From NCBI RefSeq assembly GCF_006345805.1, contig NC_043014.1:24180001-24244000 (forward strand): a DNA stretch of 64,000 nt, read 5' to 3'. The position numbers and the translations under genes are program-made. Shown here piece by piece: positions 37,881 to 49,040 of this stretch (position 1 is its first letter; every line of letters starts with the position of its first letter). The stretch is from Octopus sinensis (Eukaryota). The notes beneath the pieces were generated by a model. It was not told the DNA's origin. It searched no databases and saw nothing but the letters and a program-made list of their open reading frames with translations.

Positions 37881-40150
37881 TCATCATCATCATCATCGTT
37901 TAGCGTCCGTTTTCCATGCTAGCATGGGTTGGATGGTTCAACTGGGGTCTGTGAAGCCGGAAGGCTTCATCAGGCCCAGTCAGATCTGGCAATGTTTCTA
38001 CGGCTGGATGCCCTTCCTAACGCCAACCACTGCGTGAGTGTAGCGGGTGCTTTTTACGTGCCACCCGCACAGGTGTCAGACAGAGCTGGCAAACGGCCAC
38101 GAACGGATGGTGCTTTTTACGTGCCACTGGCACGAAGCCAGTTGGGGCAGCGCTGGCAACGGTCACGAATTGATGGTTCTCTTACATGCCACCGGCACTG
38201 GTAACTCATCTGCAATTTCCATTGATCGATCTGATCCTCACTTGCCTCAACAGGTCTTCACAAGTAGAGTTTTGTGTCCCAAGAAGGGAAGGTATGCATA
38301 CGTAGGCTGGCTCCATCCCATGTAGAAGGCCACGGGTTATGGTCTCACTTGTCCTGCCGAGTCTTCTCGCGCACAGCACACTTCCAGAGGTCTCGGTCTC
38401 TAGTCATTTCCTCAGTGAGACCTAAAGTTCGAAGGTCGTGCTTCACCACCTCGTCCAAGGTTTTCCTGGGTCTGCCTCTTCCACAGGTTCCCTCAACTGC
38501 TAGGGTGTGGCACTTTTTCACACAACTATCTTCATCCATTCTCGCCACATGCCCATACCAGCGCAAACGTCTCTCTTGCACACCACAACTGATGCTTCTT
38601 AGGTCCAGCTTTTCTCTCAAAGTACTTACACTCTGCCGAGTATGAGTACTGACATTACACATCCATCGGAGCATACTGGCTTCATTTCTTGCGAGCTTAC
38701 GCATATCCTCAGCAGTCACGGCCCATGTTTCACTGCCATGTAGCAGAGGTAAGAGCTCTCTGAACTTTGCCCAAGCTATTCTTACTCTAGCAGTTACACT
38801 TTCAGCACACCCGCCCCCGCTGCTGACTTGGTCACCTAGGTAACGGAAGTTATCAACTATTTCTAGTTTTTCTCCCTGGAAAGTGACAGAAGTTGGTCTC
38901 AGAGCATTTTCAGTGTTTATTGTTCTTGAGCATCTGCCACATACAAAAACCATCTTCCTAGTTAGCCTTCCTTTGACATTGCTGCACCTCTTATGTGTCC
39001 ATAGCTTACACTTGGTGCATCTTATAGAGTTTCTACCTACACCTTTTCTACAGATCGAGCAGGGCCATCTACCTGAAGGCGTTTGTGATTTGTCTACCTT
39101 CCTACTTATTAGGACTTTGGTTTTGGCTAGGTTGACTCTAAGGCCCTTCGATTCTAATCCTTGTTTCCACACCTGAAACTTCTCCTCCAGTTCTGATAGT
39201 GACTCAGCAATTAGAGCAGGGTCATCAGCATAGAGGAGCTCCCAAGGGCATCCTGTCTTGAATTTCTCCATTATTGCCTGGAGGACTATGATAAATAGGA
39301 AGGGGCTGAGGACTGAGCCTTGGTGGACCCCTACCTCTACCCGGAATTCTTCACTGTACTCGTTGCCAACCCTCACCTTAATAGCAGCGTCCCTGTACAT
39401 GGCTCGCACAGCTCTCACTAACCATTCATCTATCCCTAGTTTCCTCATTGACCACCAGATAAGGTCTCTGTCGTTCGTCAACGAGGTAGTCTGCAGTAGA
39501 GTGTCATAGAATCGGTCTTTCTGTCCATCGGGTAGCCCCGACTGAGGAGCATAGGCTGATATAATGGTTGCTAAACTATGATGAAGCACTAATCTAATCT
39601 TAAGTATTCTGTCACATACTCTGATTACCTCAATTACTTTATCTACCCATTTCTCAGCGATAAGTATACCCACGCCACCAACCCTGTCAATGTTCCCTGC
39701 CCAGAAAATCTTGTACCTGCGTTCCTTGCCTGTGAGGAACCTAGCAGATCCTCCTCTCCACCTTATTTCTTGCATGCAACATATATCCACACATCTCCGT
39801 TCAAGCATCTCGACTATCTCACCAGACCTACCTTTCAGTGTGCCAACATTGAGGGTGCCAACCCTGAGGGTGTGGGAGGCTTGGGCCCTAGAGACCCTGG
39901 GATGGTGGACAGTAGCTTCGTGTACCTGAAAAGAAAGCTCGCATTTGGCAGCATTCATGTGCAAGTAATAAAGTAGCCTTCAGTACAACCTGCATAACAC
40001 TAGCCTTTCATATTTTGCACTGTATGAACATTATCTTACATAGGTCGAGACTAGGGGTAGGGATGGTGAAAGAGCATTTGCAGTCGTCATGGGAAGCAAC
40101 CCCGGGATGGCAAAGAATAGGGACTTCCGGCATGTGTGGAGGGGGTGCAC
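37881..40150 (-). mobile_element. RTE derivative retaining the 5' region, with an uninterrupted 539-aa ORF carrying two in-frame deletions
   Basis: ORF 38345-39964: EN N-half (LNVGTL, QEIRW, SAYAPQ) fused to RT (HQGSVLSP, YADD, RRLRWYGHV). Confidence 0.92.
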
Positions 40151-40152
40151 CG

Positions 40153-41026
40153 TAACCTAGAAAGAGGTTCTGTTAATCATGTGAGCAAGAAAATAGGTTT
40201 GAAAAATCAGAGAGAATGAGAATTTTTATGGGAAAGATAAGTGGCTATGAACCGGGAGACAAGACTAAATGAAAAAAAATGTTTGAGCTAGACAGGGTAA
40301 TGAGGGAATACTGAAAGAAAGAGGAACAATACAATGAGATAGTAATCGAAGAATAGTGAAAGAATAATGATGATACGTGCAAAGATAGAAGGTAGTTGAA
40401 GCGAGGCTGAATCACTTAGCTTTAGCCATTCATGATATGTGCGTATTTCTTCTTTAGATATTTGGAAGCGAGTGGGGTTAACGATAATGCGATCGCTCTT
40501 TTATATATGGCGATGATGGTTATGGAAAGGGAGGGGACATAGAGAAACATAGGGAGAGAGATAGGGTTAGTTAGAGAGGGGTGGAGAGAGGTGGTTGAGG
40601 AACATGTGGGAATAAAGCGGTGTGAGGAAATTTGACTAGCATAGTTGAAAGGGGACGGCATTGTCGATAATAATCATTATTTGATAACTAATATAGACTT
40701 GGGGCAAAACAGGTAAAATCTGAGTTCGTCAGGCAATCTAACTAGTCCATAACCTAGAAAGAGGTTCTGTTTATCGTGTGAGCAAGAAAATAGCTTTGAA
40801 AAATCAGAGAGAATGAGAATTTTTATGGGAAAGATAAGTGGCTATGAAATGGGAGACAAGACTAAACGAAAAAAATGTTTGAGCTAGACAGGGTAATGAG
40901 GGAATACTGAAAGAAAGAGGAACAATACAATGAGATAGTAATCGAAGAATAGTGAAAGAATAATGATGATACGTGCAAAGATAGAAGGTAGTTGAAGCGA
41001 GGCTGAATCACTTAGCTTTAGCCATT
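40153..41026. repeat. ~278-bp direct repeat pair (40153-40430, 40750-41026) with a ~320-bp spacer
   Basis: the two copies differ at only a handful of positions. Confidence 0.92.
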
Positions 41027-41029
41027 GAT

Positions 41030-41215
41030 TCTTTCTACCAAAGGGACAAGGCCTGAAATTTTTGGAGGAGGGATCTAGTCAATTAGATTGACCCCAGAGT
41101 TTTACTGGTACTTAATTTATTGACCCCAAAAGGATGAAAGGCAAAGTCAACCTTGGCAAAATTTGAACTCAGAACACGTCCAGAATGCTAATGATTCTCC
41201 CAGCTCACCACCTTT
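41030..41215 (-). mobile_element. Nin-like SINE, internally deleted
   Basis: TTTCTAC..AGGCCTGAAATTT..CTGGTACTTAATTTATTGACCCCAAAAGGATGAAAGGCAAAGTC. Confidence 0.75.
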
Positions 41216-43816
41216 CTCATTTAGAATAATGACAATTTACTTCAATTTAATTTACTGTTCTTCATTTTAAGCTATTGATTTTAATTTCATTTCTCTTTTT
41301 GTGTTTGATCTTTTTTATTAATTTGTTTTATAGTTAATTTGTGTTTTCCATTCTTATTTGAAATATTGATGTTTTTATATGACTTTAAACCCATTAATGT
41401 ACAGTGCCCTCCAAATTGGACAATTAGAAAATTTTACAATTTGAGATATCTATTTCAATTTTAAATATTGTTCTCATATTAAAAATGTTTCATGAATCTA
41501 AATTATTGTTATAAGTCATCCTTTTATAATCTTTTTATTCTTAATTTATTTTTCATATTATTTAATTGTGGTTAAAGAAAGTTAAATTTTATGTATTAAT
41601 GTATTTAAATGGGTTAATCTTATTATTTTGTCATTTTGTTATCATTTCAAAAGACAGTCATTAGGATAGTGTCTCCAGTAAATATATAAACTGAATTAAT
41701 AAATTCAAGATGGCTTCTTGCACTTTCCTAATAAATTTAAATAATGCTAACATAATGACAACTGTCACTCTCAGCAAAGTATGTCAAGATAACTTGTACC
41801 CATAGATTAATTGACTGACACTCAAAGTGGATGCATGCATGTGTGAGTGTTTGAGTGGATGATGTATTTTGTTTTGAGGACACTTTCATTCCTAGTCACA
41901 ACACTAAATCATGCTACTGAATAGTGCGCTAGAATTTATCATTCTCCATCTGGGTAAAAACTTGGTCATGAATAGATATATTATTGTTAACATGAATAAA
42001 TATATGTTGTTGATGAGGTAAGTGAAGAAATTAATTTGTATATTAATAGAGGTGTATAGTCAATGTGCTACTAGAATACATTTCCGAATGACTTATTTAC
42101 CTGTTTAGCTTTTTCTGTACTGTAAAATAGTTATTTTAGTTTTAGTAAAAAGTGTTGGGGACAGTGAGGTAGTCTCTACAGGGTCACTCAGTCTGCTAGT
42201 AATAGTACCACTTCTTCCTCCTATCATACCCTACTGTCTCAAAGAAAGGAAACACATACTGAACAGTATAGTATATGTTAATTAAAAAATGGGATGGTCA
42301 TTGCTGGAACATATTTGGTGATAAGTATGTTTGATCAATGTTAACCTGGGTTTAAATAATGATTGAAATGTTCAAGTTGTTTTTAGATTTTAAGTACCTC
42401 TAGAAGCAGTTTTTGTCTACATATTGCATGGAGAATCTCAGTTAATCAGAGATTTTCAACTTACTATATTACATGTGTGACACACTACTGTATGTGTCTA
42501 TAGTATGAAAAATACTCTTCTGGGGTTACTTTTTATCAACTATGTTGTTGATACTTACAGATTCCATCACTTTTCCTATGTTTCTAAGTATATTAATCAC
42601 TTAAGTTTTATCATGTGTAGATTATGTTTTGCTGAAGAAGTCTAAGATTGAAACATAGCTTTTGCATTCACTTGTCAGTTTTAAAGACAAGATCCACTCC
42701 AGTTTGCATCATGTTTGTTTTCCAAAGTGTGCAGTTCTTGAGATTTTCAGTTGGCTCCTTTGTTTCTTGTTTTTAGATTTAAAACTTTCCTTAGAAGGAG
42801 TTTTTGTTTACTAATTGCATAGATGATATCAATTAATTAAAGTTTTCCAACTTGCTGTATTAGATATACGAGACCCTACCATGGCATAATGCTCTGTTTT
42901 AATATCCACAATACATCACATTATCAGGATATTTTGTTCTATGAAGAAGTTATGTACCTGAACATTTACTAATAACTTTTCATGACCTTATTTCTAAAGA
43001 TATACACTGTTCTAGGTATCAGTTAATCTTAAAAATAATCAGGAATTTGAAGAAGTTTAGTAAAATATTTAAGTTCATTATTAATTATTACATTAAGCCA
43101 GTTTTTGGAAGGCTGTGCCTCAAATATGCATGCTCTAAGACAGGTAGTTTTGTTTCAAAGAACTAGAAGTAGTCTCATCCGGATTGGTAGCAAAAGGGCC
43201 AAAGGTATGCAGATCATAAGAGTAATAATGGAAGTTTGTAAAGTGCTCCACTTTTTTAGAGTTCAGTGGCTGTAGTACTCTTCTTTTTTTATTCCTTTTT
43301 ACATTTATTTTTTCCAGTTTTACAGCTGAATGCTCTTTCTGTCATGTTTTTTCAAGAAAGGGAGCTCATACTCTATATATCTTTGAAAGCACAAAGCAAG
43401 CAGACAACCTGTTGACAGGAGAAATGATAGAAATGTCACTGCCTGTAACCGAATGATTTTCAGAGAAGTGCAAATATCAACGCTTGCACTCACACAAACA
43501 AGCAAACACAGCGTCTTCAGTCTTCCTCTTTTGCAGACTCCCTTCTCTTGATACTTCTTCACCAAACTGTCATTCTTCATACATATCCCTTGTTTGTACT
43601 ACTTCAGTCATCTTTCCAGCACACTGCACCTAATTTTCAGTTTGGTTCCTGCACCTAATGCCCAGTATGATTCTTCTAAATTCACCTACACTCTGTCATT
43701 CTTACACACTGTCATTACGTATCCAGTGGGGCACGTTCATCTCTCTTTTTACCTACATTCAATTAGTCTCTAATATTTTTGTACTAATGCAAATTATATT
43801 TTCATTTCTGTTTCAG

Positions 43817-43934
43817 TTGGATGTCAATACAGTTGCAGCTGGAGGTGGATCCATCCTATATTTTAGATTCGGATTATTTGTTGTTGGTCCAGAATCTGCT
43901 GGAGCACACCCTGGACCATTGTGCTACAGAAAAA
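43817..43934 (+). CDS. OPLAH: 5-oxoprolinase exon ([39 protein letters not shown]), phase 0/1
   Basis: tttcAG acceptor, A|GTAAGT donor; TVAAGGGS and [11 protein letters not shown] motifs. Confidence 0.96.
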
Positions 43935-44905
43935 GTAAGTTATTGTGTTTAAAGTGTTGGTAAATTATATATGCTAGTTTTTCATTCAGATTTACTGCCC
44001 TCCTAGATGAACTCCCTTCACTGCAGCTTGTGGAATTCATGTCTTCTTGTGCAGACTTTCAGTATCTGATACCCTAATGAATTTGTCAGTTCACTGCCCT
44101 AGACAAGTATTTTATTTAGAAGGATGAAAGGTAAAGTTGTTCTTGAGGAATTTTAACTCAGAATACAAGAATCTGGCATAAATACCACAAGGCGTTTCAT
44201 CTGATGCCTTGTTAACTCCAATTTGTCACCTACAATGTAACAGGTTGAATTAATGGTGATCTGTGTATACACTTATGATAGTCAGTTTAGCTACAAAATT
44301 TGATTTTCTTAATTATCAGAAAACCCCACTTGCTAATTTAATTTGTTTCTTGTAGTTTCAAATAAGAATTAAGTCTCCTAGATGAAATTATAATGTTTTA
44401 TGTTAATTTACAAAAGAAAACTACTACTTATTTTCAGTATAAATCTAGAATTTTAACTGATTAAATAACATCCCAGGTGTCTTAAATTTACTAAGTCTTG
44501 TGCATTTTTGAAAACTACAAGTGCAGACATAGCTGAGTGGTACCACAGTTCGTTTTATATTTCATAGTCTCAAGTTTGGCACCTTGGATGTCTATTGTAG
44601 CCTCAAAATGACTAATATTGATAAATGGAAACTGTGGAAGTCCAGCATATATAGATATTATCATTTGTGCAACAGTGGTGTTATGTTTACATTCTCTATA
44701 AATGCCATGTAATTTATTGGTTTGAAGACCAGTGGAATAAAAATATAACTTACCTGAGAAAACAGATAAACATTGGCAACAGAAAGGGCATCTAGCCATG
44801 CAATACTGCCTCAATAAATCATGTCCAATCCATAACTGCATGAGAAAGCAGATGTAAAAATGATCTTGTAAATATAACTGATGTATTTATTTCCTTACCT
44901 CCCAG

Positions 44906-45048
44906 ACGGTCCCTTGACTGTTACTGATGCTAATTTGTGTCTCGGTCGAATCCTACCTGAGTATTTCCCTCACATCTTTGGAGAGTCAAAAGACCAACCA
45001 CTTGATAAAGAAGCTACCATAAATGCTTTTCATAAATTAACAACTGAG
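44906..45048 (+). CDS. OPLAH: 5-oxoprolinase exon (NGPLTVTDANLCLGRILPEYFPHIFGESKDQPLDKEATINAFHKLTTE), phase 1/0
   Basis: cccAG acceptor, GAG|GTAAG donor; TVTDANL.LGR motif. Confidence 0.96.
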
Positions 45049-45224
45049 GTAAGAGACTTTTATTAGCCTTACTCTTCAACAGCCAATTACTTTCACACTC
45101 TCTTCATCTATCCACTTTCCAAACATAGGTTATGGACATGTTTCATCCCTTGAGGAATAACAAAAATGTACTGTCTAACAATTAAAGTTAAATATTGTGT
45201 CCTCTTGGTAAATATTCTTAGTGA

Positions 45225-46169
45225 CATCCCCAGGGAACTGTCTTGAGGCCATTACTGTTTATAGTATCTCTCTTAGACATGCCCATGGTTACTCACATAG
45301 CCACTGTCACTAGCTACACTGATGATACACACTTATCACAGGCAATAAAGAACCCAGACGATGCTGCATGCTTACAGCAGGACCTAAATGCAATATACAA
45401 GTGGACTGAAAAAAAGAAAATACTGGAAAATTTCAAGCACTGCACTATCAGCTCATAAATGCACCACAACTTGCATATACAGGACCTGATGGTACTGCAA
45501 TCCCAAAGTCACAGTGTGAGACTTGGGGATCAGAATGTGTACTGATGCTGCATTTCATATGCACATTACCAAGATGGCAACAAAGTGCATACAGCTGGTA
45601 GGAATGGATATTAAGGTCTTCGAGACAAGAGACCAAGAAGTTGTGTTGATACTATGGAGGACCTTTGTTCTCAGTCTCCTGGGCTACTGCTGTCATCTAT
45701 GGTCACTACATAGTGCCAAGCTAACAGTGGATCTTGAAGCAGTCCAATGTTACTACACTAAAAAGATTGTAACAGTGCAGCAGATGAGCTACTGAGAGAG
45801 ACTAAAATAACTATGACTTTATTCTCTGAAGTGAAGATGCAAGAGATATGTAATAATCTACATATGGAAAATTCTGGAAGGGTTAGCACCTAATTTCAGC
45901 ATTGAGTGTTATACAAATGCCCAAACTGGATGCCATTGCATTGTACATAAGGTACAGTTCATCCCATCTAATGTCAGGACCAAGTACTGCAATAGCTTAG
46001 GGTTCTAAGACTGACAGCTCTTCAGTGTTCTGCCCACCAAAATTAAGAAACCAACTCAATGGATATGGATGTCTTCAGAAAGGAACTGGACATTCTCCTA
46101 TTCACACTACCAAACGAACCAAAATCCTGGCATGAGGTACACCAGGGTAAAAGCCCATGCAGGAATGGT
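45225..46169 (+). mobile_element. Decayed CR1/L2-type LINE RT fragment
   Basis: PQGTVLRPLLF..SYTDDT..LQQDLNAIYKW; 3' part is the inverted near-identical partner of 17417-17980. Confidence 0.88.
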
Positions 46170-47289
46170 AATATGAAATCTCACCACACTGAAGAAATCA
46201 GCTAAATGAAAAAGCTGTGAGAAAAGGTACAAACTGACAGTGGTGCTCCAACATGACCATAACTGCTTGGCTGGAACAAATTAAAGAATATAAAATAATA
46301 TATATATATGCATGTATAAATTCGAGAATTTGATGGACATATAGTGGTATGTAAACCAACTCAAGAAATCTCTAGAGACTTTTTATTCATGCACCTGAAG
46401 AAACCCAGAATGGGTTGAGACATGTGTCGTATCCAATAAAGTCTATTACACATCCCATCTCCTATTTTATTAATACTGTTACCCCAGCTGCCACTATGAA
46501 GTCCCTGCAGTAAATCTACAGATAACAACAGGTAATCGAAACTGTGCCAGTTCTTTACTCATCATCCATTTATACAATTTCTCCATTATGTATGTATTTA
46601 TGTGTTTATGTATGTATGTATAATAATAATAATCCTTGGGTGGAATTTATAAACGTTTAATGTATCACTACACATGTAACAACGCATTAAATCTTTATAA
46701 ATTCCACCCAAGGATTATTGTTATTATTATTATATTTATCCTATTTTATATTGGTATAGCTCGATGCAACCCCAAAAAACGGGTTCACCAGTCAGCATCA
46801 TTAGGCTGTGGCTGGCATAATAGAAGAGGAGCTTTATTTGCATATTTAAAATGTTTTCCATAAACAAATTTAAAAGATGTATGTACATATGTATATATAT
46901 ATGTATATATACTTATAATCAAGGTACAATATAGTGCACAGCATTGCTAGAAATAAGAGTCCAAATGGCTCAAAGACCACAGTTATCACTTATACACACT
47001 GCTGATTTTGAGGAAACCAGTATATGAAAAGCCAACTTACCAATAGCAAGTAAAAATCGCAAATGAGTTTGCAGATATACTCACATCATGTGATTTCAAA
47101 CTCTGTGATAAGCACTTAGTCCTCATCAGTGAATTTGCTGCTATATTCAAATGGTCTATACATACATGGTGATGTGAGTATATTTAGCCCTCAGCAGTAA
47201 TAATCACTGATGAGGACTAAGTGTTTATCACTGTAAAAAAAAAAAAACCTCTCTCTCTTGTTCACATATCCTATAAAAACTGAATATGA

Positions 47290-48360
47290 CCAAACTTTTA
47301 GTAATTTGGGTTTTTTTTATATATACCCAAGCCTATTCCCCATTTTTTTAGGAACGGGTAGCCACAGACATACATTAGGCATTCCATTCATTTCCCAGCT
47401 TAAAGAGGCAAACCCCGTTCAATACTTGGGTCAAGGCATAGATCACAATCCCCAATATCAGCAGCGGAGCCTGACAGCATATGCTGGTTCTGTACCCCTT
47501 TGAACAACATCAAATTCACTCATCTGTTCACAAACACTCTCCAAGCTTTCCTATCATTTATAAATTCTCTTGCCTTTCTCACTCCAACACCTCTAACCAC
47601 CAAAGCTTTCCTCACTCCATCGATCCACACAAACCGAGGTCTACCTCTGTTTCTGCTGCCTACCACTTCTGTCTTCATCATCCTCCTTACCATCTGCTCC
47701 TCATCCATCATCTCCATGTGGCTAAAACACTTCAACATTCATCTATCTAGTTTGGTTGTTAGCTCTTTTCTCATTCCTGGTTGTCTTCACACCTCCTTAT
47801 TCCTCATCCTGTCATCTGTGTCACACTAACCATAGCCCTCAGACATCGCATCTCAAACACATCTAGTCGCCTTTCTCCACCCTCATGTCCCTGCACCATA
47901 TAACATTGTCAGCACAATCATTCCCTCATACACACCTCTTTTCGCTTTCATACTCAACCTTTTATCACCTTAGCTACATTTACTTTTAGTTTCCTCCTCT
48001 CACACACTCTTCCAAATTCTACCACCAGTCTCCTTAGTTGCTCTTCCAAATCCGCCACTAGTGCTGTATCATCAACAAACAATAACTGACTCACCTGCCA
48101 TTTCTCTCCATTTTCTCCAACCATTTGGGCTCCCCTAGAAAAGGTTCAAGCATTTACCTCTCTCACCATACCATCCACATATAAATTAAACAGCCATGGA
48201 GACATCACACAACCCTGTCTTAACCCGACCTTCACTTCAAACCACTCACTTACTTCACCACTCACCCCAAATGGATGCCTTATTTTCTCTATAAAAACTC
48301 TGAACAGCTCTCAACAATCTACCATCTACTCCATACAACCACAACACCTGCAGAATTAAC
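47290..48360 (-). mobile_element. Second, divergent RTE-clade family, 3' fragment
   Basis: minus strand: EWFEVKVGLRQGCVMSPWLFNLYVDG, QLLFVDDTAL, ERRKLKVNVAK, RNRGRPRFVWIDGV. Confidence 0.82.
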
Positions 48361-48384
48361 AATAGTAGAAAATCAAATTCGATG

Positions 48385-48842
48385 ACTGGCATCCGTGCTA
48401 GTGGAACACTAAGAGCACCATACGAGCACATTCGTTACCAGAGCAACAAGCTGGCCTCCATGACTGTGGGACATAAAAAAACACCATTTGAGCGTGATCG
48501 TTACCTGTGTCTCCTTACTGGCACTTGTGCTGGTGGCACTTGAAAAAACATTTGAGCAAGGTCGTTGCCAGTGCCACTGGACTGGCTCCTGCGCAGGTGG
48601 CACATAAAAAGCACCATTTGAGTGTGGCTATTGCCAGTACCACCTAACTGGCCCGTGTGCCGGTGGCACATAAAAAAGCATCCACTACACCCTTGGTGTG
48701 TTTGGTGTTAGGAAGGGCATCCAGCTGTAGAAACTCTGCCAGATCAGATTGGAGTCTGGTGCAGCCATCTGGTTTGCTAGACCTCAGTCAAATCATCCAA
48801 GCCATGCTAGCATGGAAAGCAGATGTTAAACGATGATGATGA
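48385..48842 (+). mobile_element. RTE 3'UTR-only fragment (5 repeat units, GAT tail)
   Basis: repeated GGTGGCACATAAAAAGCACC units, then GTTAGGAAGGGCATCCAGC..GTTAAACGATGATGAT. Confidence 0.85.
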
Positions 48843-48844
48843 TA

Positions 48845-49040
48845 TGTGTGTTTTTGTATCTGTATTTGTCCCCCTACCATCGCTTGACAACTGATGCTGG
48901 TGTGTTTACATCTCCATCATTTAGCACTACGGCAAAAGGGACTGATAAAATAAGTACTAGACTTACAAAGAATAAGTCCTGGGGTTGATTTGTTCAACTA
49001 AAAGGAAATGCTCCAACATGGCTGCAGTCAAATGACTGAA
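48845..49040 (+). mobile_element. Abundant octopus-type tRNA SINE, 3' half
   Basis: CGCTTGACAAC.GATGCTGGTGTGTTTAC..AAGAATAAGTCCTGGGG..GCAGTCAAATGACTGAAACAAGTAAAAGA; same family as 61410-61858. Confidence 0.8.

Noticed and set aside
43934-44907. Split codon A|AC (Asn), where vertebrates have Gly, as a site of restorative A-to-I editing
   Set aside because: It would need two edits across a splice junction, Asn/Asp may be ordinary invertebrate variation, and there is no evidence from DNA alone.
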